Shown: in pieces, positions 28,676 through 36,532 of the stretch | Position numbering within the stretch: position 1 is the stretch's first letter | Layout of the letters: each line of letters opens with the position of its first letter | Assembly: GCA_016935175.1 (NCBI GenBank) | Contig: JAFGRK010000002.1 | Location: forward strand, 1 to 46,563 | Direction: 5' to 3' | Source: Candidatus Woesearchaeota archaeon | GTDB lineage: Archaea > Nanobdellota > Nanobdellia > Woesearchaeales > SM23-78 | DNA length: 46,563 nucleotides | Notes under the pieces: generated by a model | Databases searched by the model: none | Seen by the model: the letters and a program-made list of their open reading frames with translations, nothing else | What the model was told of the DNA's origin: nothing | Translations under genes and position numbers: made by a program

Positions 28676-29388
28676 CAGCGTTCTCCTCTCTTGCTTAGGT
28701 CCCTGGTGATTTCCTCGCTTTCGATGAGCCCGTCCTTGATGTGTATGCGCCTGTTGGCATAGTCCGCGATGTCAGGTTCGTGAGTGACCAGGATGATGGT
28801 GATGCCCTGCTTGTTAAGGCTGGTGAAGAGGCTCATGATCTCAATGCTGGTCTTGGAGTCCAGGTTGCCTGTGGGCTCATCAGCCATCAAGACAATGGGG
28901 TTGTTGACAAGTGAGCGTGCGATGGCTACGCGCTGCATTTCTCCGCCAGAGATCTGGTTGGTCTTGTGCGTCTCCCTTCCCTTGAGCCCGACCATGGCAA
29001 GCTTCTCATAAGCTACTTGCCTGGCTTTCTTGCTGGGCACGTCAGCATAGAGCATGGGAAGCTCAACATTCTCCAATGCAGTGGTGCGGGTGAGCAGGTT
29101 GAAGCTCTGGAAGACGAATCCGAACTTCTTGTTGCGAAGCGTGGCGAGCTGCCTTCGCGTGTAGTTGGATATGTCTTTCCCCTGGAAGAAATATTTTCCT
29201 GAAGTGGGGCGGTCAAGGCATCCCAGGATGTTCATCAGCGTGGACTTGCCAGAGCCTGAAGGGCCCATGATGGCGATGAAGTCCCCTTCCTCGATCTCGT
29301 AGCTGATGCCATCGAGAGCCCTGACCACGACGTCGCTGCTGATAGGGTAGATACGCTTGATGTCCTTGAGCTCTATGATGCGGCTCAT
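28675..29388 (-). CDS. ABC transporter ATP-binding protein (MacB/LolD-like)
   Basis: 237 aa with Walker [10 protein letters not shown], signature [13 protein letters not shown], and Walker [13 protein letters not shown]. Confidence 0.9.
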   Translation of the reverse strand: MSRIIELKDIKRIYPISSDVVVRALDGISYEIEEGDFIAIMGPSGSGKSTLMNILGCLDRPTSGKYFFQGKDISNYTRRQLATLRNKKFGFVFQSFNLLTRTTALENVELPMLYADVPSKKARQVAYEKLAMVGLKGRETHKTNQISGGEMQRVAIARSLVNNPIVLMADEPTGNLDSKTSIEIMSLFTSLNKQGITIILVTHEPDIADYANRRIHIKDGLIESEEITRDLSKRGER

Positions 29389-29453
29389 GGCGATTCCTCC
29401 TTTGCTTTCCCTTTGCAGGGATTAGTTTTGTGTTTCATCTATGCTCAGGCTCC

Positions 29454-30716
29454 TTAGCGCCTGACTCCGCCCATGCCTGGGATCTGAGACGGCTGCTGGG
29501 ATTGGGTGGTTTGCTTAGCAGGGTTGAGCCCTACAATGACCAGGTCTCCTTCCTTTAGCTCTCCGCTCAGCACTTCTTTGACTTCAGTCTTGGTGCTGTC
29601 AGCTACGCCGGTCCTGACACTGACTGGGGCAGGATTGCCTGAGCTGTCCAGTTTCCAGACCGTGCCGATATCATCAGCTTGCTGAGGCTTGGCTTTGGCT
29701 TTAGCTGAAGCAGAGCCAGCTTGCTTTTTCTCAACAGCCTTGCCTGCTGCTTGCTGTGTAGGGGTGAACCTTAGGGCAGCTCCAGGCACTAGCAATGCAC
29801 CCTTGGCTTCTGCTGAGATGATGGTGACAGTTGCTGTCATGCCAGGCATGAGGGCGCCGTCAGAATTCTCAACGTGGATGATTGCCGGATAAGTTACCAC
29901 GTTGGAAGTGGATTCAGATTTCAGGCGCTTCTGAATAACCTTGCCAGTAAAGGTCCTCCTAGGATAAGCAGATACTGTGAATTGCACGTTCTGGCCAGGC
30001 TCCACCTTGCCGATATCTGTCTCATCAACATTGCACGCTAACTGCATCTTGCTCAGGTCATTGGCGATCTCGTAGAGCACAGGAGTCTGCATGCCAGAGG
30101 TGACAGTCTGCCCTACATTCACAGCCCTGTTAATGACAATGCCATCGATGGGAGAGCGGATGACTGTATGGGTCAGGTCGACCTTGGCTGCCTCGAGCTG
30201 GGCCTCTGACTGCTTCAGGCGCGCATCTGCGCTTTGCACGTCTGCCTCTGAGTTCTGGTAGGTGATCTCAGCAGCCTCAAGCTCTTCCACAGAGAGAAGC
30301 TCCTTGTCAAACAACTGCTTGGAGCGATTGTACTTGATCTTGGCATTGTCCCTGGTGAGCTTGGCCTTATCCAGCGCAGTCTTGGAAATAAGGTAGTTGG
30401 CTTCCTGCTGCCTGATCTGCTGGTTGATGCTTTCCTGGTCGAGCTCTGCGAGCTTGTCACCCTTCTTAACCTTGTCGTTGAAGTCAGCGTACAATGAAAT
30501 GATCTTGCCAGAAACTTGGCTTCCGACTTGCACCAGGGTGATGGCTGACAAGGTGCCGGAAGTCACGACCTGTAACCTGACGTCGCCGATTGTGACAGCC
30601 TCGGTCCTGTAGGTTGCAGCCTCCTCCTTCTTGGGCTTGTTGAAGAATAAGAGGTAAGCAGCTACAACGGCCAGGATGATGACGATGGAGACAGAGACTT
30701 TCTTGCTGATTTTCAT
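29454..30716 (-). CDS. Periplasmic adaptor / membrane-fusion protein (HlyD/MacA family)
   Basis: 420 aa. It has an N-terminal TM, coiled-coil hairpin, lipoyl-like and beta-barrel regions, and a Gln/Pro-rich C-terminus. Confidence 0.8.
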   Translation of the reverse strand: MKISKKVSVSIVIILAVVAAYLLFFNKPKKEEAATYRTEAVTIGDVRLQVVTSGTLSAITLVQVGSQVSGKIISLYADFNDKVKKGDKLAELDQESINQQIRQQEANYLISKTALDKAKLTRDNAKIKYNRSKQLFDKELLSVEELEAAEITYQNSEADVQSADARLKQSEAQLEAAKVDLTHTVIRSPIDGIVINRAVNVGQTVTSGMQTPVLYEIANDLSKMQLACNVDETDIGKVEPGQNVQFTVSAYPRRTFTGKVIQKRLKSESTSNVVTYPAIIHVENSDGALMPGMTATVTIISAEAKGALLVPGAALRFTPTQQAAGKAVEKKQAGSASAKAKAKPQQADDIGTVWKLDSSGNPAPVSVRTGVADSTKTEVKEVLSGELKEGDLVIVGLNPAKQTTQSQQPSQIPGMGGVRR

Positions 30717-30778
30717 GATATTCCTCCTTAAAGGCTTAGGATTTTTATATTAGCGAAAGCGTATATGTAAACCAAGAT

Positions 30779-30818
30779 GCTTAGTAAAGCTTAGTAAATT
30801 AGTAAAGCTTGGTAAAGC
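30779..30818. repeat. Four tandem ~10-bp direct repeats (GCTTAGTAAA-like) in the 300-bp leader of the efflux operon
   Basis: The sequence is gcttagtaaa gcttagtaaa ttagtaaa gcttggtaaa, about 65-100 bp upstream of the adaptor-gene start. It is operator-like. Confidence 0.5.
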
Positions 30819-31017
30819 ACTTGTGTAATAAAAGAAAGCTTTAGGTAAGAGAATGCTAGGTGAACCTTACTGATTATCATCACCTCCTTATTTTTTTTAA
30901 GGGAGGAGCTTGCTACTCACTCTCTGTTCATGATAGAAAGCTTTCACAAGCCCCTCCTTGCATCGTGGTTATATCATCGTGTTTATATGTTATTAAGCGC
31001 TCTATGTTAAGCAGCTG

Positions 31018-31476
31018 TCAAGAAGGATAAGTAGCCTCGACCCTTTTTGACCTGCAAAGATACGCGTACCAAAAGCCGAAGAAGGCAAGGTAATAAGCAG
31101 TTTGCTTTAGCAGGAGGATTATGAGCGCTGAATTAGTGTAAGAACTGAAGCCACCGATAAGGGGATAAGTTAAGGTGAGCAAGCCATAAGCTATGCAGAT
31201 GAGCATGAAAGCCTTGGCAATCCCCACTGCGCCTTTTCTTCTTAGCCAAAGCCCTAACCCTGCGTAGAGGCTGAAGATTATCAGGGCGACAACCAGTAAT
31301 GAGTCAAGGATAACCAAGGCCTTTTCCTGAGGGTTGTGGAACGAGGGATAGCCGACTTCTTCCCTGAGCGAGCTTGCTAAGGTGGTGCTGCGCAGCAGCG
31401 GGATGATGATGGTGAGTATGATGCACAGCACAAGAAGCCAGCCCTTGACTCCGTAGTATTTGTTCTCTTGAGCCAC
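31018..31476 (-). CDS. Hypothetical 4-TM membrane protein
   Basis: 152 aa, SD-led, hydrophobic segments. Confidence 0.55.
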   Translation of the reverse strand: MAQENKYYGVKGWLLVLCIILTIIIPLLRSTTLASSLREEVGYPSFHNPQEKALVILDSLLVVALIIFSLYAGLGLWLRRKGAVGIAKAFMLICIAYGLLTLTYPLIGGFSSYTNSALIILLLKQTAYYLAFFGFWYAYLCRSKRVEATYPS

Positions 31477-31529
31477 GAGCGCCTCCTTTCTTTTTGCCTA
31501 GAACTGTGAAAATGAATACTGCCCCTGAG

Positions 31530-31823
31530 CTAAGGCCTCCTCCTGAGCCAAGGATACTTTTCCCTGGGGCGAGGATGCTCCTGGATTTCAGGATAGTATT
31601 CCTTGCCTCCGATGTGAAGAGAAAAACCAATCGGGGATTGGGCGTCCTTGCTTGCAAAGGTGAGGAATGATCTCTTGCAGCAGATGCATCGAAGGTAATC
31701 TGAACCGTGGTGCCTGAGCTTGATCTCAGAGTGAGTGTACCCGCAGTAAGGGCACCCATACCTTTCATAGTCAGACTGAAGAATAGCCATGACTAGGTAA
31801 GGCTTGGTTTTCGTGGAAATCAT
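31530..31823 (-). CDS. Small zinc-ribbon protein (CPYC...CICC)
   Basis: 97 aa with a GGAGGGAG SD. Confidence 0.5.
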   Translation of the reverse strand: MISTKTKPYLVMAILQSDYERYGCPYCGYTHSEIKLRHHGSDYLRCICCKRSFLTFASKDAQSPIGFSLHIGGKEYYPEIQEHPRPREKYPWLRRRP

Positions 31824-32007
31824 GATGAAACTCTCCCTCCTATTGGTGTCTTTAATTTTTTTCCCATATTATAATTAAGCCTTTTTCACGCCAAGGCTAA
31901 TCCGCGAAAAGGCAGTATAGGAATAGGTGGAGGAGAGGCTTACTCGCCCTGCTGTTAGCAAAAGTTTTCAGCCTCTCCTACCAAAATGTGCTTCTCCCCC
32001 TGGGTTT

Positions 32008-32244
32008 CTAGGAGAAGAGCATGGCCAGGCAGGCGACCAAGACCATCAACAAGATGAAGGCAAAGGCTCCTGCTACTCCAAGCGCGATGCCGATAAGGGT
32101 GAGCAAGAAAGCTAAGCCCGGGAAGAAAATGACTAGTAATAGCCCGATGATAAGCCACTTGCCCAGAGTCATCTTCTTGCCCTTGATCACCTTGATCAGG
32201 ACGAACAGGAATAGCCCTAGAAGAATGAGCTCACCAACTCCCAT
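32008..32244 (-). CDS. Small 2-TM membrane protein
   Basis: 78 aa with an AAGGAGGTGA SD. Confidence 0.5.
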   Translation of the reverse strand: MGVGELILLGLFLFVLIKVIKGKKMTLGKWLIIGLLLVIFFPGLAFLLTLIGIALGVAGAFAFILLMVLVACLAMLFS

Positions 32245-32312
32245 TTGCTAATCACCTCCTTTCATAGCCGGGATAAATTCATGAGATGATGCAAGCTTGG
32301 CGAAAAGCTGCT

Positions 32313-32642
32313 TCAGACAGCTGGAGCAGTGGGTGGCGCGGCGGGCGGCTCCTGGGATGGGGGTTCCTTGCGCTGCTTCTTGGCCTTGTCCACGAACCAC
32401 TTTCCAACGTAGTAGACCAGAAGCAGGAAGCCCATCCAGAACAGGAAGCCGGCGATCTTGCCCAGGAACTCGAAAGTGTTGCCGAGGACGTCGAATAAGT
32501 ACTCCAGGCCTCCGAGGAAGATGAACAGGCTGATCCAAAAAGCAGGCCAGGAATAGCCCTTGCCCTTCTTCTTCCCGAAGAGCTTGCCGAAAGCCCAGCC
32601 GATTAAGAGAGCCAAAAGAAGGATACCGATGGCTTTGAACAT
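32313..32642 (-). CDS. Small membrane protein with Pro-rich C-terminal tail
   Basis: 109 aa with a tail of PPSQEPPAAPPTAPAV. Confidence 0.5.
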   Translation of the reverse strand: MFKAIGILLLALLIGWAFGKLFGKKKGKGYSWPAFWISLFIFLGGLEYLFDVLGNTFEFLGKIAGFLFWMGFLLLVYYVGKWFVDKAKKQRKEPPSQEPPAAPPTAPAV

Positions 32643-32708
32643 GTTACCTTTCTCCTTGTTGAGATTAGATTATTTATGTGAAAGCGAAATGCAGTTCTGA
32701 AGAAAATT

Positions 32709-32927
32709 TCAATGGTCGATTATCTCGACGCTCTGCTTTGCCACGATGACAGTGGAATTGCATGTGCAGCAGTGCACAAGCCTGCCCTGGGGGTAGATGA
32801 GCATGTTATGGTCCTTGATGATGCACAGGGTGCCGATAGCCTTGCACAGCGGGCAGTTGAACCTGGCGTATATGTTCAACTTGTGGCTATCTTTTTTCAT
32901 GGTGCTTATTTTTTGCATGGTGCTCAC
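32709..32927 (-). CDS. Small zinc-ribbon protein (CPLC...CCTC), GTG start
   Basis: 72 aa. Its Cys spacing is similar to the 31530-31823 protein. Confidence 0.45.
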   Translation of the reverse strand: MSTMQKISTMKKDSHKLNIYARFNCPLCKAIGTLCIIKDHNMLIYPQGRLVHCCTCNSTVIVAKQSVEIIDH

Positions 32928-33076
32928 GATAGTTTCAGGCCTTCCTTGCCTGCGCCCTTAGTTCCTTCAGGCTCTGCCTCTTCTCCTGATCTGCCTTTTG
33001 CTGCTTGTGCTTCTGGCAGAGGAATAGCCTGATCCTATGCCTTAATTTCTCCTTGATGGAAACCTTGCACACGACT

Positions 33077-33643
33077 TTATCCTCCTTTTCTAAAGATCTT
33101 GGTGAAGTCCTTCAGGTAGACTATGCGAGCGGTGTCTGCATCCTCTGATGTCACCCACCATTTGCCGATCTTATCGTATCCGTGCTTCTCTAGCATTGCA
33201 TCCCGCTTGGCAATGACTGCGTCCAGTTCTCCTTTGTAGTCAAGCTTGACTCCGCTCACAACTGAATCATCCAGGAGCTCTCGTGGCTGGGTGGCAAGGG
33301 TGATGCTCTTGAACTCTTTCTTTATCGGCGCAAGCTGGACGCTCATGATGATGTGGAAGGCAAACAATGTGATGAAGAGCAGCAGCGAGAATACGAGTAT
33401 GAACTTTAAAAAGCGGTGGCCTGTATACTCCCCAAAGCGCTTCTCCAAATAGGCATCCCAGATCTGTGCAGCCAGGCGATTACCCAACCAGAAGATGAAG
33501 TATAATCCTCCGCTTATGCTCCCGAAAAACAGCAGCGGGTTGATCAGCCCGACTTTCTCTTCCAGGTGGATGAAGCTTATGAGCAAGATGATGCCTAAAG
33601 CCATCCAACCCAGAGCCTTCAGAAAGCTCAGAAAAATCTTCAT
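33077..33643 (-). CDS. Hypothetical membrane protein (N-terminal TMs + soluble C-terminal domain)
   Basis: 188 aa. Confidence 0.5.
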   Translation of the reverse strand: MKIFLSFLKALGWMALGIILLISFIHLEEKVGLINPLLFFGSISGGLYFIFWLGNRLAAQIWDAYLEKRFGEYTGHRFLKFILVFSLLLFITLFAFHIIMSVQLAPIKKEFKSITLATQPRELLDDSVVSGVKLDYKGELDAVIAKRDAMLEKHGYDKIGKWWVTSEDADTARIVYLKDFTKIFRKGG

Positions 33644-33700
33644 GCAGAAATCTCCTTTCCCGTTGAAATTAGTTATTGTAGGGGCGCCTGGCAGATACGC

Positions 33701-33988
33701 CTATAATACGAGCCTGCTCAGCAGCTCATAAGCAGTCCATGCCCGCTTGCAGGAAGGGCAGGCGACAAAGATGCTCCATTTTTTTCCGTACTTGTCGTAG
33801 AACCCTTCTGCTCCTTCCTTGTAGCCTTTGAAATCCTTGAGATTGAAGCTGTGCTTGCAGCTGCAGGTAAATGCCTTGTTGCGCAGGCTCTTGATGATTT
33901 TAGCTACGTCCCCGCCGAAGCAAGGGTTGAGCACTGCCTCTGATGTGCTGCTGCCGTCTATGCCATTACCATTGCCATATTTGTTCAT
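33701..33988 (-). CDS. Small Cys-rich protein (CSC...CPSC zinc-ribbon-like)
   Basis: 95 aa. Confidence 0.45.
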   Translation of the reverse strand: MNKYGNGNGIDGSSTSEAVLNPCFGGDVAKIIKSLRNKAFTCSCKHSFNLKDFKGYKEGAEGFYDKYGKKWSIFVACPSCKRAWTAYELLSRLVL

Positions 33989-34211
33989 CTATTCTCCTTT
34001 TATGTGAAAAGCATGATTGGTGTTGTTATGATAGAAGCGAAAAAACAAGACAAAAGGAAAAACAAACCTTGTAGGGAGGGGGAGGCTAGGCCTGCACCAA
34101 AAGGAGGGGTTTGATATTTTTTTGAAAAAAAGCCTGCCTCCCCCATACTAGCTATTGCTAACCCTCCTTTTTTGCTAATATTCGCTAATCCTCTTCTTTT
34201 AGATGAAGAGC

Positions 34212-34643
34212 CTAGATGAAGAACCCTCTCTTATACCAAGGCCTGTAAGAATTGATCAGCTCATGTGCCTTGCCTAGGAATTCCTTTGTCTGTGCCTCGT
34301 CAGAGTATTCTGCGTCCTCGAGCTGGTTCATGATGATGTCAATCTCAACATCAGTTGCAGGTGATCCGCGGTCAGGGTCTTGGCTGGTCCCTCTCTTAAG
34401 TGAAAGTCCTAGCTCTGCAAAAATCTGTTCTGAATCGAACAGGGAATTCTTCTTCTCACGGCAATTTATGTAAAGGTAGCATAAGCTAATGCTGATTGCT
34501 GTGATGGCAAGGATGATATGCCAAGGCTTGTTATTGCCTAAGAGCAGGATGATGCAGCTGGCCAGAATGATCTGAACCGCAATTCCTGCCTTGAAGCCAA
34601 TCGCGGAATAGGTTTTCATGAGAAGCCTCCCTCCTTTTCTCAT
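34212..34643 (-). CDS. Hypothetical membrane protein with acidic cytoplasmic domain
   Basis: 143 aa. Confidence 0.5.
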   Translation of the reverse strand: MRKGGRLLMKTYSAIGFKAGIAVQIILASCIILLLGNNKPWHIILAITAISISLCYLYINCREKKNSLFDSEQIFAELGLSLKRGTSQDPDRGSPATDVEIDIIMNQLEDAEYSDEAQTKEFLGKAHELINSYRPWYKRGFFI

Positions 34644-34655
34644 GTTTTGAAAACC

Positions 34656-34946
34656 TTAGAACACAGGCCCTATGATGGCTTCTTCCTCTGAGAGATGGAG
34701 AACCTGAAAAGTGTACTTGTATTCCCGCGCTGTGAAAAGCCCGCCTTCTTCTGCGCGAAAGCCATGCGCCTGCTTAGGGTTGTCTGCGTATGAAAAGATG
34801 AAATGGCCAAGGCCAAGCCTGTCAAAGCCAAAGTACATGAGATTGATCTGGAACCCGTCAGTGAAGGTGATGACTGCTAGCACTCTTTTCTTGAGCATGA
34901 GCTTTTGGCTGATGGTAAAAACATTGACTCCTGGAATAAGCTCCAT
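34656..34946 (-). CDS. Hypothetical soluble protein
   Basis: 96 aa. Confidence 0.45.
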   Translation of the reverse strand: MELIPGVNVFTISQKLMLKKRVLAVITFTDGFQINLMYFGFDRLGLGHFIFSYADNPKQAHGFRAEEGGLFTAREYKYTFQVLHLSEEEAIIGPVF

Positions 34947-35032
34947 GGATTTATCCTCCTTATCTATCTGCTATAAGAAAAATAATAAGAGGAATAGCAG
35001 GGCGCGTTGCTGATTGAATCGAAATGAAATCG

Positions 35033-35233
35033 TCAGAAATTGCCGAGCAGTCTTGCGATTCCCATGGCAATGGCGACAAGGCCGCCCATGACGAAAGCCA
35101 GGAAGACGAGCGCCTTGTCAGCCTTGGCTACACTCTTGCTCTCAGCCCACTTGTTCAGGATGAACGGGATCTTGATGAGCACGTAGCCTATGCCGATGAA
35201 TACAAGGCCTGTGATAGCGGTGATGGGTTTCAT
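35033..35233 (-). CDS. Small 2-TM membrane protein
   Basis: 66 aa. Confidence 0.45.
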   Translation of the reverse strand: MKPITAITGLVFIGIGYVLIKIPFILNKWAESKSVAKADKALVFLAFVMGGLVAIAMGIARLLGNF

Positions 35234-35236
35234 ACT

Positions 35237-35539
35237 TTATTCTCCTCCTCTGGATTTCCCTGCTTCAGCTCGGGTGATCCCGAGAAACAAGGATGCTTCC
35301 TCGACTCTTCTGATGCATTCCTCGCAGCCTTCCTCGTAGAGGTGGTTGTCCACGATCCTCTTCTCTGCCTCTCCCAGCTTGCCGAGCAGGTAGGCGTTGA
35401 TGGTCTCATCGTCGAGCTGCGCAGGGCAGATTCTTTGGTTGATCTCTTGCTCAGGCTCCAATCCAAGGCTGTGGCCTGTTGAAAGCATTGTGTCGATAAA
35501 GAATTCCCCTATGAGATCTTGGTTTCCCATAGCAAGCAT
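35237..35539 (-). CDS. Putative anti-sigma-factor-like protein (zf-HC2-like H-x5-C-x2-C)
   Basis: 100 aa. AYLLGKLGEAEKRIVDNHLYEEGCEEC resembles the N-terminal motif of zinc-binding anti-sigma factors. Confidence 0.4.
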   Translation of the reverse strand: MLAMGNQDLIGEFFIDTMLSTGHSLGLEPEQEINQRICPAQLDDETINAYLLGKLGEAEKRIVDNHLYEEGCEECIRRVEEASLFLGITRAEAGKSRGGE

Positions 35540-35614
35540 TTCTCCTTTTATATGGGGATATCTATTCTGTTATGGCGGCTAGCCTATTGAAAAGGCAAGT
35601 ACCTGTTGAAAACC

Positions 35615-35806
35615 TTAGCAAAGCTTTGACACGAGCAGTAGCAGAAAGGACAGGATGATCAGCACTGCTGGAAGCACGAACCAGAAGGCTCTTTTGCAGT
35701 GCTTCTCATCACCGGTCTTCTTGTGGAGCTCACGAAAGAAGCATCCGAGTGACACTGAACTGATGGTTAGGACCATGACGGGGAGCATGATTCCTAATGG
35801 TTTCAA
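35615..35806 (-). CDS. Small membrane protein
   Basis: 63 aa. Confidence 0.4.
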   Translation of the reverse strand: MKPLGIMLPVMVLTISSVSLGCFFRELHKKTGDEKHCKRAFWFVLPAVLIILSFLLLLVSKLC

Positions 35807-35852
35807 GCAGTTCTCCTTTCTTTTTTCAGGTTATTCCTCTATTAGCATGCTG

Positions 35853-36311
35853 TCAGCATGCAGGCCTGTTCTCCTTTAAGTGCGAGATGAAATGGCAGGA
35901 GCCGAACTCAAGGTGTTGTAGCTGGGATTCCAGGGTATTGAAAAGGTTCTCGACGCCATGGTAGATGATGCTTGTGTCCTTGCACTTCTCGCAGAAAGGA
36001 GCTATAGGGCAGCCCTCCATGATAGGGATGTCTGCGAGCAGGTCTGCTGCCACTCTTAACCCGTCATTTATAGACCTCCTTTTTAACTCTGCCTCTTGGT
36101 GCGCTATGTTAGGGTTGGTGACATCAGACACTCGCTTGAATTCTTGCTCCAGGAAAATGAGCTTCTTCTTCAGTGCGATGAGCCTGTCTGGCTCTTTTGG
36201 CTTTTGCTGATCAGCAGCAGGCGTTTTTGCAGCCTCTGCTTTTCCTTGGAGGATGAGCTCGAAGCCTTGGAGGAAACTAATAGCTATCTGGATAATCTTT
36301 ATTCTTTTCAT
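35853..36311 (-). CDS. Secreted Cys-containing hypothetical protein
   Basis: 152 aa with a signal-peptide-like N-terminus and a CPIAPFCEKC cluster. Confidence 0.5.
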   Translation of the reverse strand: MKRIKIIQIAISFLQGFELILQGKAEAAKTPAADQQKPKEPDRLIALKKKLIFLEQEFKRVSDVTNPNIAHQEAELKRRSINDGLRVAADLLADIPIMEGCPIAPFCEKCKDTSIIYHGVENLFNTLESQLQHLEFGSCHFISHLKENRPAC

Positions 36312-36532
36312 ATGGCTCTCCTTTCATATTACTCTCAGCTTTGCAACGAGCTGATGCTTTAACTTATGGTTTATATTGAACTGATTGATTATCAGGCTGT
36401 TATGCAGTTGTTAATGCGGGTGGAAATGGCAGAGGAGAGGAAGGGGATTGGTTCCTGCTCCTTTCTTGAGGAATCAGTTCTTCTAACCCCCCTTCACTCT
36501 TGCTATTTCAGGAGTTGAGGCTATGCTTGAGG

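Noticed and set aside
30880-30915. CCTCCTTA-T8-TAAGGGAGG as an intrinsic terminator for the upstream small-membrane-protein gene
   Set aside because: The T-run is in the loop and does not follow the stem, so it does not fit a canonical rho-independent terminator. It is kept only as a palindrome of unknown role.
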